From: Octopus vulgaris
Taxonomy: Eukaryota
Reading direction: 5' to 3'
Assembly: GCA_951406725.2 (NCBI GenBank)
Contig: OX597818.1
Coordinates: 110,422,001-110,486,000 of the forward strand
DNA: 64,000 nucleotides
The number at the start of each line of letters is the position of its first letter. Position 1 is the stretch's first letter. The position numbers were made by a program, and so were the translations under genes. The notes beneath the pieces are model-generated. The model did no database searches. It saw only the letters and a list, made by a program, of their open reading frames with translations, and was not told the origin of the DNA. Positions 36,683 to 50,215 of this stretch are shown one piece after another.

Positions 36683-37019
36683 TAAATGTATTTTTACATT
36701 TACCAATATGTTAGCTAAAGGAAATTTTCTGTGTATATGCTTGTCTAATTTGTTGACAGTGAATAGTACCTCCTGTACGAATTATTTGGCCAATCAAATG
36801 TTTTCAATAACCTATGCATATTGAAACATTCATTAAATTTTCGAGAAGCAAGAAAATTTATTATTAATTTCGAAAAAGCTTCTTTCTTTGGAATACAATT
36901 TGGAACCATCCAATAAATTGTTACCGCATTTCAGAAGCTTTGAAATCTTTTATGAGAGACATTTATTAATTTCTAAGAATGAATAAAAAAACTCTAATCT
37001 CCCTCAAAGTAGAATCCCC

Positions 37020-37998
37020 TGACTTCTATGCGCTTATTGTAGCACCCTATTCACATCTGAACGCTCCTAGGAAGTCCTGCAATGTGGAGCTCTTTCATAT
37101 TCTTCAGTCTGGGGAACAACCAAAATCACAGGGTGCAAGTTCTGGATTTTAGGGAGAGTAAGGGGTGGTTGTGATATCCATTGTCCTGGACTAGAGGCCA
37201 CCGAACAAATGGCAGAGCACAAGACTTTGGTGAGGTAATCTTTTCCTGACATCCTTCAAAACCTTCACAAAGTACTCTTTGTTGATTGTCTGACTAGAGG
37301 GAACCCATTTAATAAAGATGATGTCCTAGCTGTATGTATGATGTATGCCAGGATGCTTCCATTAGGCACTCTGTCTCTTGTTCTTTGGATCATAACAGTA
37401 GATCCAGTAATTCTTACAGGTCTCCAGAGACTCGAGTACTCATGGATTAAAAGTAATGAGCTCAACCATTTCCCTGCTGTCACCAATGCATCTTCCCTTC
37501 TGTTCGTCATTAAGCACCCTGCAAACAAACTTTTCACCAATTTTTCGCATCTGCAGATTTTTTAAATAATTCTTTGAACAGTTGCCACACCAACTCCAAA
37601 AGAGTTTTCTCAATGGGTTCTAATGTCCTGACTTACCTTTTTGTGCCAGCAAAACTCTGGCACATCTCGATCCATACAAGTTAATCCATGTTTGGAGCAT
37701 TCCATGAGTATCTGTAGCGTTTTTGCTCAGATTAACACAAAATATTATTGCATAACAAGCTTCAAAACTGTCTTCACGTCTGGACTGCATTCTGCCAATT
37801 AATCAGCCGTAACAAACGGTGTTTAGTGGGTTGGGTTCAAAGTGCTGTTACAGCAGTCTCTTTCAATCTGGAATAACAAAGCTTGGCAGGTCAACTTATC
37901 AGATGTATAGTAACGCTATACTAAAATTACAATAAACTAGGACACAGTTATAACTGCCTCTCCTAAAAATGTATCAAATCGACTGGAATACATCTCGC
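37020..37998 (-). mobile_element. Highly decayed mariner relic
   Basis: LVQDNGYHNHP and FWLFPRLK on the minus strand; CGAGATGTATTC TIR-like start near 37997. Confidence 0.6.
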
Positions 37999-38376
37999 AT
38001 CTCTAAAGATTTTGTTTTTATTTTGCTTCTAATAATTGTTTGTCTTTCGATAACTTCTTCAGGATTAGGTCTCAGTGGTTAAGTTTTAATGAATGTCTGC
38101 AAATATTTCTTTATTGTTTTGCTCAAAGAGTCGGATATATGGTATATCGCATTCTTATAGGAATCTTTAGAGATGCGAGATGTATTCCAGTCGATTTGAT
38201 ACATTTTTAGGAGAGGCAGTTATAACTGTGTCCTAGTTTATTGTAATTTTAGTATAGCGTTACTATACATCTGATAAGTTGACCTGCCAAGCTTTGTTAT
38301 TCCAGATTGAAAGAGACTGCTGTAACAGCACTTTGAACCCAACCCACTAAACACCGTTTGTTACGGCTGATTAATT
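37797..38376. repeat. Perfect 215-bp inverted duplication with 150-bp spacer
   Basis: 37797-38011 is the exact reverse complement of 38162-38376 (checked by eye). Confidence 0.95.
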
Positions 38377-38704
38377 CTTATTTCGTTCTACAATGCTTTT
38401 GAAATCATATAAAATAAATTCAAAGAAATTTGATAAAAAGATGAAATGATCTTGCGCAAATATCCAATTAGTGTTAAAACGGGAGATCTATGAATATTTT
38501 TGCTGGATATTGGACTTTGAAATTGTGCGCAAATATTATATACAACCACATTTCGAAATTAAGATTTTATCTTAGTTCTTTGGCGATGTGATCGTTTTGT
38601 GTGGATCTTTAAATATTCTCATCATAAACGTGCACACAGACGTGCATGCATAAATGCATACAGATTAATTGATAGATGTGGATGTACTTATGTATATATA
38701 TAAA

Positions 38705-39205
38705 TATATATATAACTGTATATAATACATATCATAATGATATTTATTCTCCGATTTTGAAGCAAAAGTTTTTAGGTATAAACAAATGACGAGCTAACCT
38801 CAGGCTGAATCGAACCCACAAACTAATGCTTTCATGGCTCCTTGCGAATTGGATTGGCCAAATGATTACCCATCAAGTTCAGTCAAATTTAGTTAATATA
38901 TAATTAAACTGTCTTAATACTACATGAATTTTTATAAACGAACCCAAAAGTCTTTGCGAGTTCGGACAGAAAGCTTCTATGGAAGGCTCATAGTATAACA
39001 ACTGTATATTTGTGGGTTCGATTCAGCCTGAGGTTAGCTCATCATTTTTCAGTCATTTGTTTATATTTAAAAATTGCCGCTTCAATATCGGAGAATAAAT
39101 ATCATTATAATATATATTATATACAGTTATTATACTATGAGCCTTCCATGGTAGCTATCTCTCCGTAACTCGCAAAGCCTTTCGGGTTTTTTGTAAAAAT
39201 ATTTT
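38705..39205. repeat. Element with two overlapping inverted-repeat pairs beside (TA)n
   Basis: 38710-38822 mirrors 39008-39130; 38930-39008 mirrors 39120-39200. Confidence 0.85.
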
Positions 39206-39214
39206 TATATAGTC

Positions 39215-39292
<78 letters not shown>

Positions 39293-40437
39293 GAAGTATA
39301 TGGTTTCAACATTTCCTTCTATAGCCTTTTTTGACTGCAAATTCTTTTTCACTATTTCGAAAATTTGCTTGAGCTGATCTTGTTGATTTTGTCCTTCTTG
39401 TTTCTTGTTAAATTACATACATTCCCAAACGACTTCTAATTGCATGGATAATCTATCCTAAATTATTTCGTTCCCCACCAATCATTCTTTTCCTCTTATT
39501 TAGACTTTCTCCCGTTCTTTCATTCTCATCTAGTCTCTCTCCTACTCTCTCTTCCCTGATTCCTTTTCTCTCTTATTATCTTATATTTTCTTTCTCTCTC
39601 TCTCTCTCTCCCTCTCATTTCCTTTTCTCTCTTTCTCGCTCTCACCTTCTCATTCTCTCTTACTCTTTATCGTTCTATCCGCCTCTCTTTATTTCATTCT
39701 TTCCTCTCAATTTTCCATAAAACTTATTTTGTTTTTACTCCTCTCTTTCCTGTCGTTCTTTCTCAATATCATTTTTGTTTTATATTTCACCTTTTGAATT
39801 CTTTTGTTCTCTTTTCTCTTCCTCCATTCTCATTCGAACGCGTGTAATTATAAATAATCACCTGGCATGCATATTTAACACATTATCACTGCGCATATAC
39901 ATTATTTATGTACTAAATTTGATATTTTTATGTGAATTTAATGGGCAGTTTCGAAAACTATTCACGAAAATCCATCAAGGCGCATTGCCAGAAAAATCTA
40001 TTTACCAAAGATCGTCTGCGAATTAAAAATATTTTTGAAATGTGAATTCTTTTCATTAGAGTAGTTTGTCTAAAGTTTATATAGGATCGCTTCGATTAGT
40101 GAGACACAATATTCGATCCCATCGCTTCGTTTCCATTTTGTGATGACGCATTTTATAAAAAAACACACTTTTTCTCTTAACAAAAAGAAAATAAAGAAAG
40201 TCTATGATTTCACCCCCACCCCCCCATGAATGCAATTATTAAAGTGAGGCACTTAGATTTAAGTTCGGTGGGTATTTCAATATGAAATTACGGGCATACC
40301 TCACCTTACGGCGGTAATTGTTTCTAAGACATGCGACTTAATTCGTAAAACGTAGTAACACGAAAATTGTATGATTAACAATTTATGAGCTTATAAGCGT
40401 TTTAATGACTGCTTTGTAATATATACGCCTGTGTAGA

Positions 40438-40775
40438 GGCGCAATGGCCCAGTGGTTAGGGCAGCGGACTAGCGATCGTAGGATCGCGGTTTCGATTCCC
40501 AGACCAGGCGTTGTGAGAGTTTATTGAGTGAAAACACCAAAAGCTCCACGATGCTCCGGCAGGGGGGTGGCGAACTCTGCTGTACTCTTTCACCACAACT
40601 TTCTCTCACTCTTTCTTCCCGTTTCTGTTGTACCTGTATTTCAAAGGACCAGCCTTGTCACACTGTGTGTCACGCTGAATCTACCCGAGAATTACATTAA
40701 GGGTACACGTGACTGTGGAGTGCTCCGTTGATCGGATCAACTGGAACCCTCGTCGTCGTAATCGACGGAGTGCCA
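40438..40775 (+). mobile_element. SINE family C (tRNA-derived head)
   Basis: GGCGCAATGGCCCAGTGGTTAGGGC...GGTTTCGATTCCC. Confidence 0.85.
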
Positions 40776-40792
40776 CGATATACACCAATATT

Positions 40793-40960
40793 AAGGCGGC
40801 AAACTGGCAAAATGGTAAACGCCATTTCATGCGTCTTTACGTTCAGAATTCAAACTCCACCGAAGACGGCTTTGCTTTTCATCCTTGCTGTATCTATGAA
40901 GTAAGTACCAGCTGAGCACTAGGGGATCGATGTAACATATTAACTCCGTTCTCCGAAACC
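40793..40960 (+). mobile_element. Diverged SINE family B copy
   Basis: AAGGCGGCAAACTGGCAAAA...TTTGCTTTTCATCC...TAAGTACCAG. Confidence 0.7.
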
Positions 40961-41723
40961 AACATGAAACCAATATTTTAACATATATTGTATTTGATTT
41001 CCCACTACAATATTGCTTTTATGTGCTTCTTTTCAAATTCTATGCTTTTTAAATATGTTCACTGAGAGCGATATAAAATGGGGTAAATCGACTGAAGCTG
41101 ATGCCTTTTTTCTATTAATTTCTTAAAAAACATCAACATAAAGTCAAAAACATCTAAATCGAAAAGATGTAAGTTCAAGTATGCATATAATTAAAATGTT
41201 TGGGTTTTTTTTTCTGTGTGTAATCCATTATGTCAATTTTTACGGTTTAAATTACATGAGCGATATTACTTGTGGAAAAATACCTCTTCTTCATATGTAA
41301 ACGTTTATATTAAATCCATATACTTCGCATCAACATTTTAAACACTTGTGTTGATCTTTATATCGTCAGAAAAGGAATTATTCCGTGGCATTGGAGTTCC
41401 TTGATTTTTGTATACCATAACCTCTTCAGTTTCGTAAAACATGTAACAGTCGGCTTAGCATTAAAATATACACAAGCCCACAATGACTGTCCCTTTCGAA
41501 AATTTAGACCCTCAGGGACAAGTTTTGTACCTGTAAGATTATTTATTTGCTGTCAGTCTTTCATAAGTTCCAACGATTTCGGTTGGTAACTTTGGCAAAA
41601 TGTAGTGATTCCGCCAAGCAATAAAATCTCTTTAATCAGGCCACAGTGTCATAAAATTTCTCTCACGGACATTTTGTTTTCTACATTTGTACTTCAGAAA
41701 GTACATCAGTTTCATTATGTATG

Positions 41724-41802
<79 letters not shown>

Positions 41803-41808
41803 TATATA

Positions 41809-41999
41809 CAGTTAATCCCCCCGCGATAGGTGAAAATCCGCGAAGTAGAAACAGTACTATACTGTATATTTTTTTAATTATTTTTATAATTTGCATATAT
41901 TTATTTTATCATAAATACAAAACGACACCACGGAGGAATCGACGTAAGCTTAAATAATAAACCGCAATAGGTGAAACGCGATAAGGCGCAGAATTACTG
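41809..41999. mobile_element. Tigger/pogo-type MITE with TA TSD
   Basis: TA|CAGTTAATCCCCCCGCGATA ... CGCGATAAGGCGCAGAATTACTG|TA. Confidence 0.7.
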
Positions 42000-42007
42000 T
42001 ATATATA

Positions 42008-42062
<55 letters not shown>

Positions 42063-42111
42063 CAGAAAAGGAATTTCGATTATCCCCACGTGGTGGGTTG
42101 TAATATGTATT

Positions 42112-43081
42112 AGAAATTAAAAAAGGAAAATACACACACTTTACATAGTTTTAACATCATTTTTAATATGTCGACCAGTTTCACTTTCGCTATTCACGAT
42201 ATTATGGTTTACTTATTTGAATATGAATTGTCTTAGGAAGAAATTTTTGTCCATGTTGTGTGTGATATTTACGAGTGAATGACCTTACAAGTAGAAAAAT
42301 AAGGGGAGGTAATTGGCTATCATTATTGTTGTTGTTGTTGTGGGCAAGGGAGATAACTGTTCAGCTTTCGGTAAAGGGAGGGGAATATATATGCACACAC
42401 AAAAAAATGGTTTCGAAAACTTGTGCCTCTGAGAAACAAATTTATGTAATAACCTGCTCGGATTGCGGACACAACCATTTTGGACAGACGAGTATGACCT
42501 TGAGAAGGAAAACTACTCTACATAAAGACGAAATCCGTTTCCCGCAATACAGAGAAATTCCTTTCAGTGAACATATAGAAAAATGTGCAGATAACATCAA
42601 ACCAAATTTCACAGTCTTCCCTCTTATCAGTACAAATACATAATCTTTCCAGAAGAAGTTTAAATAAAGAAACTGTTTTCATTGAAAAATACAGAACACG
42701 TCTGAATATGCACGCATAACCAACTTTTACCTTTTTACGTATTTCAATTCACGATTACATCACTGTACATAAATCCCCTCACTAAACAAGTTTTTCGAAA
42801 CCTTTACATATATACTCCCCCCCCTTACCGAAAGCTGAACAGTTATCTTCCTTGCTTACAACAAAATCAATAATAACGATAGCCAATTACCTCCCCTTAT
42901 TTTTCTAATTGTGAAGTCATTCACTCGTAAATATCATCACACACAACACGGACAAAAATTTCTTTAAAAAATACATATTCAAATAAGTAAACCATAATAT
43001 AATGAATAGCGAAAGCGAAACCGGTCGATATATTAAAAATTATATTGAAACTATGTAAAGTGTGTGTATTTTCCTTTTTTA

Positions 43082-43088
<7 letters not shown>
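42112..43088 (+). mobile_element. Penelope-like element: GIY-YIG endonuclease relic between ~280-bp inverted terminal repeats
   Basis: KQIYVITCSDCGHNHFGQTSMTLRRKTTLHKDEIRFPQYREIPFSEHIEKC (42430-42640); arms 42114-42392 and 42807-43086; (TA)n on both sides. Confidence 0.85.
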
Positions 43089-43156
<68 letters not shown>

Positions 43157-43959
43157 ATGTATATGTATATGTATATATATGTATGTATGTATGCATGTAT
43201 GTATGTATTTATGTATGCATATTTGTATGCGTGTGTGTCATTACATCTGCAGCTGTTGCCTTATGTGTGTGTCTTCTCTTGGGCTCTCATTTCCCGATAC
43301 AATCGTAAGTGTATGGTCGTGACATATGACATGTCGTATTCTTTTATATGTTTAAGCCCTAAGACTTTGCCCATGCCGGAACAGCGCCAGTTGTGGGTAT
43401 TTTTAGACCTCATCGATCTCTACCCTTTTCAAATTTGACATTAGTTGATATTTTTTTGTAACAGTGAGCGGCGAGGTAACAGATTGAATGAAAACGAGAG
43501 TGGAAAATATGAATCAACACCAAAGCACAACTGGTACTTTATTTATCGACTCCAAAAGAACGAAAAGAAATTTTCACGAAAGCGATGGTTAAACTCATAA
43601 ATACCAAACCTATTATATTCGACGATCTAATGACTCCACAGGCTAAACTTTTGAAATGTTTTACATATTTTCACAGTTCTATTAATGACTTTCATTTATT
43701 ATTTCTTAAGTGGGAAATAATAATTTCTCGTCTCCTGAAATCTAGTTCCTGAAGGCTGGTGTCAAGAAAATTAGATTCAGAATGAAACGCCTTAATAATC
43801 TCAGCTGTAAACCTAAACTTATGCTCCAGGCGCATCTGCAAAACTTTTATTAATTCGTTATGGAATTTTACCTTTATTCTCTACTCTACGCTACCGTTTA
43901 CTGAAAAAGAGATTTCTAACACTGTGAAAATTTCCCTTTTTTCTATCAGAACTTATTTA

Positions 43960-44335
43960 TCTGGTCTCGTGTATTTATATTTCTACAGAGATTTTTAGAT
44001 GACCATTCTTCCAACATTTATTCTCATTATAGATTACTGTGTCGTTTATATCACTGTGACTTCTTATATTTTGATCTTCAGAAGAATTCTCTCTGAGTAT
44101 TGCAGCGTAGTGTTTAGGCGTCTGCATTATACCTCATATACAGATAGTACCGTGAGAACATTTATAGACAGCTGCTTATATTGTGGGTCACATATTTGGT
44201 ATCAGTTGTACAGTTTGCATTAGTTGTTTAACGTGCATCCTCCTCAATTTTCGCTTTAAATATTTTGCTATCATTTCCTGTTCTTGGATTATAGAAACAT
44301 ATTTTTCTAGTAGTTGTATTGGGACATGCGCTGTA
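43960..44335 (-). mobile_element. Old RLE-LINE fragment
   Basis: EKYVSIIQEQEMIAKYLKRK resembles EVYAFAIQEQEISSKYL at 47620. Confidence 0.5.
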
Positions 44336-44454
44336 AACAGTGCGTCGCTGCATCCACTATTTGTTGGTGATTCCCTCTGCACCACTCAAAATCAACCCTC
44401 AAACCCGTGAGTCTGTTAGAGTAGTCGTTGCTAGTGAGGGTTTTAATAAATCCT

Positions 44455-44465
44455 ACCGATCCGTC

Positions 44466-44541
<76 letters not shown>

Positions 44542-44750
44542 TTATGCGTGTGTTTGCCCCATCCCTCTACCAACGCTTGACAACCGATGCTGGTGTATTT
44601 GAGACCCCGTAACTTAGCGGTTTGGAAAAAAAACGGATAGGATAAGTACTAAGCTAATAAAGAATAAGTCCTGGGGTCGATTTGCTCGACTAAAGGTGGT
44701 GCTCCAGCATAGCCGCAGTTAAATGACTGAAGCAAATAAAAGAATAAAAG
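44455..44750 (+). mobile_element. SINE family A, 3' half
   Basis: CTTGACAACCGATGCTGGTG...GGTGGTGCTCCAGCATAGCCGCAG. Confidence 0.85.
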
Positions 44751-46737
44751 ACTATATATATAAAACAAAACTTGTTTCCCCCATTTCTTTTCTCTCCTAT
44801 ACAGTTTTTGGATTAGACGCAAACTTGTTCTTGTGATGTGTTTTCCAATAATCATATTCGCTGCTAGAACAGTCGACATCTTGATTTCATGTTTTTGATG
44901 TCTTTTCCTCGAAAGCTCGTTGTATCGTAACACTAAATATTTTAGTTCTTTTTAAAATTAAGCTGCAGCTGGTGTGTACTACATTTTATTGTTCACATTT
45001 CTCTGTAAATGTTATCGAAGTATTCGTTTCTGTGACGCATCTTGTTCATATTTTCTTCTAGTTCTGCTATCCACCTGATTGACTTACATTCGATAACTTT
45101 TTAACATGTACTCTGCAGGAATCTCTGAGGTGTTCTTTCAAAAGAATGCCAGTTGTATAAAGAAAATTATTGATTATCTCACAGTTGTTACTGCATGCTT
45201 TAACTTTTAACGTGTGAATGGTTGTTTGTTTCGTTTTCCTCATAAAAAGATTTAATATCGCTACTTTAGAGAAATTGAAAAGATATTCCTCAAGTTGTAT
45301 TTATTTTCTACAGTCATCTCTATTGGGATTTATACGGAGATATATTAGTTTAGACAGTGACTACGATGATGCCACAATACTGTGCGGTTGTTGATCTATT
45401 TCGTTGATCTATTTTGGTTGTCTTTGGCTCATCTATTCATCTTACTGGAAGTGGAATATTTACTTGATATGTGATTTCCGTTTATAAAATTTCACTGAAG
45501 TTTCAGGAGTATTTCGTTTTTTAACAGTTTCGAATAACAGACAGAAGGATATTCAACGGCTAATTGATAAAACTGGAATATATCTTGGTTTCAAACGAAC
45601 GACCAAGTCGTCGGATAACGCTGTTTCGCTCGTGTTGTAATGTTGTTGTCAATGTTAACATGATGTAAGCTATAAACAACGGAAAACTCTGCAAGACAAA
45701 AAGGAGTTCACATAATCTTATCGCAAGGACGTTGAGTCTGGGTTTTGTAGTTGATGTTATGTGTTTTTAGCACCAGGTCAGCTCAAATTGGTCAGGTGTA
45801 TGATCAAAGGCATTCCAGAAAATGGAAAAAGGTTTCGGAAAACTTCCATTTTAAAGATGTTTCCTCGTTAGTTCCAGTAACTGTTTTTTACAGATTTCAT
45901 AGCAAAGCCTTATATATATATGATTATGTATTCGTGTATGTATGCATGTGTTTATGTGTGTGTATGCAAAAACCTACAATCATGCATATATGTATGCACG
46001 AATATGCGTATGTATATATGCATGTACGTGTGCGTGTATGTGTGTGCATACATATACATACATCCATGCGTGAATATGCTTATGTATGTATGTATACCAT
46101 TGTTCAGTTTTCCTTCAAGATTTCCTGCCAATAGAGAAAGAATTGGTTTCTAACCCAGATCCAAGTCTCCTTCACTGGAATTTCATCATCAACAACAGGG
46201 TGTTCTTGTTTGTTTGTTTGTATGTATGTATGTACTTAAGTTTTGATGAGAAAATCATTTGTCAGGGATAGATTTCTTGACACTAATTTATTCACAATTT
46301 ATTCACAAAGCAAGTTTGAATATTATTGGATAAAATCCATTTCAATTTGGTAAATCAAATTGTGGAAACCCAAAACTCTGGAGCAGTTTGTTCATAGATT
46401 GAATTGCTGACAAATATCACTAGTTCTTGTTCGTCTTCTTTCGTACTACATATTGCCTGCACTGCTTCCCGCCTCGTTTTGTCTTTAATTACCAACCATC
46501 TCTAGCGTATGTTATTAATTAATTGATCAACGTTCCGAATATTCAGCCTTCTGCTTTTCTCGATTATAAATTATGTTTCACTAAAAAATGAAAGTCTCTC
46601 GTATGGCGAATGTGATGACGTAAAGAGAAAATGGTTGACCGTGATGTTGATGATTGTTGCAGTCGAGTTGGGAATATTTATGATGTTGAACAGAAAATAG
46701 ACAATCAGGATGATAAAGACGACGACGACGTGTTTGG

Positions 46738-46751
46738 ATGATGATGATGAC

Positions 46752-46804
<53 letters not shown>

Positions 46805-46805
46805 C
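46738..46805. repeat. (GAT)n microsatellite
   Basis: Directly visible. Confidence 0.95.
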
Positions 46806-46884
46806 GTGGGCTGGAAGGAGGGTTAATGAAAATGAAAAAAGAACACTAAGAGAAGAAGAATTTATGAGTGGACTTACAATATAC

Positions 46885-47245
46885 GTCCCACTGTGTGGCA
46901 TCTTGGGCAGCCATTGTGAGTGGGTTTGTTAGATGGAAACAGAAAGAAGCCAGACATATCTATTTATTTATATATATATATATATAGCTGGAATTTTAAA
47001 AAAAACAAAAGACGAAGACAAGTGTATAAACAACAAACAGGTGTATTAGTTTAACGCTCAGGAAGGTGAGAAAGTCTTTTACGTTTTGAGCCTACGCTCT
47101 TCAACAGAAAAGAACACGAGAAAATAAACAGAGAGAGAAGAAGAAAAGAAAGCCTTAGTAACTAGCGGTCAATAATGACATACATACATAACATACATAC
47201 ATACATATATATATATATTGTACCTTACAACTTTACTTTGTTATA

Positions 47246-47276
<31 letters not shown>

Positions 47277-47495
47277 ATGTATGTATGTATGTATGTATGT
47301 ATGTATGTATGTATGTATGTATGTATGCGCGTGTGGGTGTGTAGGTGTTTGTCCGCCAGCACCGCTGGACAACAGTAGCTGCCTATTCATGAACCCGTAA
47401 CTTAACGGTTCGTCAAAAGTGACCTATAGCATAAGTACCAGACTTCAAAAAAATAAGTACTATGGTCTATTCCTTCGATTAAAAATTCTTCGAGG
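46885..47495 (+). mobile_element. Old SINE family A copy interrupted at its internal (TA)n by a Penelope-like fragment (46987-47175, minus strand)
   Basis: SINE left part GTCCCACTGTGTGGCATCTTGGGCA and right part CCCGTAACTTAACGGTTCG flank a copy of the 5783-5945 family. Confidence 0.7.
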
Positions 47496-47519
47496 CAGAT
47501 GAAAAGATGATCCTATACG

Positions 47520-48190
47520 AGCAGAAGACTATGCCTGGATATGTTAGTAGAAATTTCTGAGATGATCATCAAAGCAGTTTATCATGGATGAATAACCGGA
47601 TTACTACCTCCCACTTTGAAGTGTATGCGTTTGCAATCCAGGAACAGGAAATATCAAGCAAGTACCTGATGCACAAAAGGGATAGAGATGCAGGAACAGC
47701 CGTAAAATGTGACAACCGATGCAGACTTTGTGGAGTTCACACTGAAGATATCACCCGCATCATAAGCAGCTGTCAAAAAATGTCAGCATGATATTATCTA
47801 CCGATGTGACATGATGCTGTAGCTAGGACACTCTGTAATGAAATCCATCGGAAGGATAATCCCGAGGACAAAGAAATAAAAACCCACAATATGGTAGAAG
47901 CCATAGCCACTCATAATAAAAGGAGCACTGGTAGAATGTCCCTGTGAAGACCTCCATAAAATCTAAGCACAACTGACCTGATATAATTATTTGGTATAGA
48001 GAAGAGAAACTGTTCACAGTTGTGGAAATTAGCTGCCCAGCGGATGTCAATATAAAACTGAAGATCAGTGAAAAAGAGAACACCTATGCTGAACTATTGA
48101 GAAATTTGCAGTTACTCTATCCAGAGTACAAGTTCAGGTTAATACCTGTAATTATTGAGGCCCTGTAATATGTAACACACTGCCTAAAGC
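47520..48190 (+). mobile_element. R4/Dong-type RLE LINE C-terminal relic (third family)
   Basis: FAIQEQEI, CRLCGVHTEDITRIISSC, PDIIIW...VVEISCPAD...EKENTY; several stops. Confidence 0.85.
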
Positions 48191-48277
48191 GGTTTGGACT
48201 TTAGCTGTTCATTCTAGCGTGGAAGGAATCTTATGACGGATACCTCTTTAAAAAATTTTTATTACCCTGATATTATC

Positions 48278-48337
<60 letters not shown>

Positions 48338-48341
<4 letters not shown>

Positions 48342-48945
48342 ATAAATATTAGGGAATAAATCCAAATTTACAGGGAAAAAAAATCAGATTTAGGATTAAA
48401 TCCAATTTTATAGTAAAATATTATAAAATATTATTAGAGACAAAACCACTATTTTGCAAAACAAACAAGGAAAGACTTAATCAATACATAAAATTTTAAT
48501 AAATAGTCAAAAAAACCGCCACTACAATCGTTTCTTGTCTTGATCGACAATCTTCAGGTGGACTTCCAATCTAAAATATCAATATTTTAAAATATAAAAA
48601 TAATAATTTTAAAATAATTAAAGTATGAATGAAAAAATATAAATATATAATCCATATATAACCTATATATAATCCATATATAATCAATATATAAACAATA
48701 TATAAACTAAAATAAACCTATCAACAATTAAATATAAAATATAAAATATAAAATATAAAACAAAACAAAAAAATAATAATAATATAATAATAAACTATAT
48801 ATACACCCATACACATATACCTAAATCTACCGAGTAATTGTCACATATAATTTTTAAAGATAAATTCCTCTATTTACATAATATTGAGGTCTCTTTCTTT
48901 CTTTTGTTTTCTTTTGTTATCTTGCCGTTTTTACCAATATAATAT
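48338..48945 (-). mobile_element. Very AT-rich non-autonomous Penelope-like element in (TA)n carrying a hammerhead
   Basis: Flanked by (TA)n; contains the intact hammerhead fold at 48519-48561. Confidence 0.55.
48519..48561 (-). ncRNA. Minimal type-I hammerhead ribozyme fold
   Basis: CCAC-CUGAAGA-UUGUC(GAUCAA)GACAA-GAA-AC(GAUU)GU-A-GUGG: all three stems pair and the core is canonical. Confidence 0.8.
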
Positions 48946-49305
48946 ATATATATAATATTATATATATAACATGCATATTTTCATAAATACATATACATAT
49001 ATACAGAGATAGACAAACATATATGTATACAATCAAACAGATAAATACATTCACACAAACATATGTATATATTTATATATATATACAGGCTACACACATG
49101 TTTATGTGTTTGTGTGTGTGGGGGGTATGTTTAGCAAACGAAATTAACTTAAACCAAGCCCATAAATAAATAATTTGATATTTATAAAAAGTGCAAACTT
49201 TAATGATCAAAACAATTAAATTTTGTAATTACACAATTATTCATCTTGTTTTTCTGTTGGTTCAATGTACTAAATAAGTTTAAGTTTCTGAAACAAACAC
49301 ACACA

Positions 49306-49338
<33 letters not shown>

Positions 49339-49374
49339 GCACGCACATACACAGAGATGCATGTACATATGTAC

Positions 49375-49436
<62 letters not shown>

Positions 49437-49682
49437 AGTGAATTGAAGAAATGGAGTTGAACGAAGATTGAACAGAATTCCTTTTATTGCATTCTACACA
49501 TGTTTCAAAAGCCACAATTTTCCAAATTCTGATTAAATAAGGATACCATATTGTGGCTTTCTCTTCAGGAAAAATAGGAATTCCGTTGGCAGAACAAAAC
49601 AGAACAGAGGCGCAGCAAAGCAATTTGAACGAGGAGGCTCTTTAAGGGCCCATGGCTGAACTGTTTATCAATGTACGTTGAA

Positions 49683-49754
<72 letters not shown>

Positions 49755-49983
49755 GTATGTATGTATGTACGTATACGTATGTATGTACGTATATATGTGT
49801 ATGTATCAAGAAAAAGGAGGTTGAAACTGAAGTTGCGACAAGAAGAATCTGCTTTGCAATTATTAACAAATCTTTTCTGATAACATATTCAGAAAATTGT
49901 TTAATAAAAGTAGAATTGTATTTGATTAAAGCAATATTATAAATATATTATCTTTTAAGTGTATCTCGGTGTAGATACATTAC

Positions 49984-50215
49984 AGAAGAAGGAATGCCAT
50001 CCGCAGTACCCCCGATGCGGCAGAGAGGGCATCAAGATGGCTGTGAATCAAAAGTGGAGAGCCGTGGGGTAGCTAGCTGGCAATCTCAACACAAGTTGGG
50101 GTCTGATCAGCCTCAGCTTGCTCACCTGGAGGAGGGTGTACGATGTTGAAAGACCCGAAAGTCCCGACGATACCAGGCACATCACTGAAGATGTATCCAG
50201 ATGCATCAGTCATTG
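49984..50215 (+). mobile_element. HERO-like non-LTR retrotransposon 3' end
   Basis: RRNAIRSTPDAAERASRWL*IKSGEPW resembles the HERO C-terminal AE.ASRWLW motif, followed by a GC-richer 3' UTR. Confidence 0.6.

Noticed and set aside
40438-40510. tRNA-like sequences (also 7596-7665 and 23075-23145)
   Set aside because: A/B boxes are present but they run into SINE bodies and lack a complete acceptor stem; they are SINE heads, not tRNA genes.
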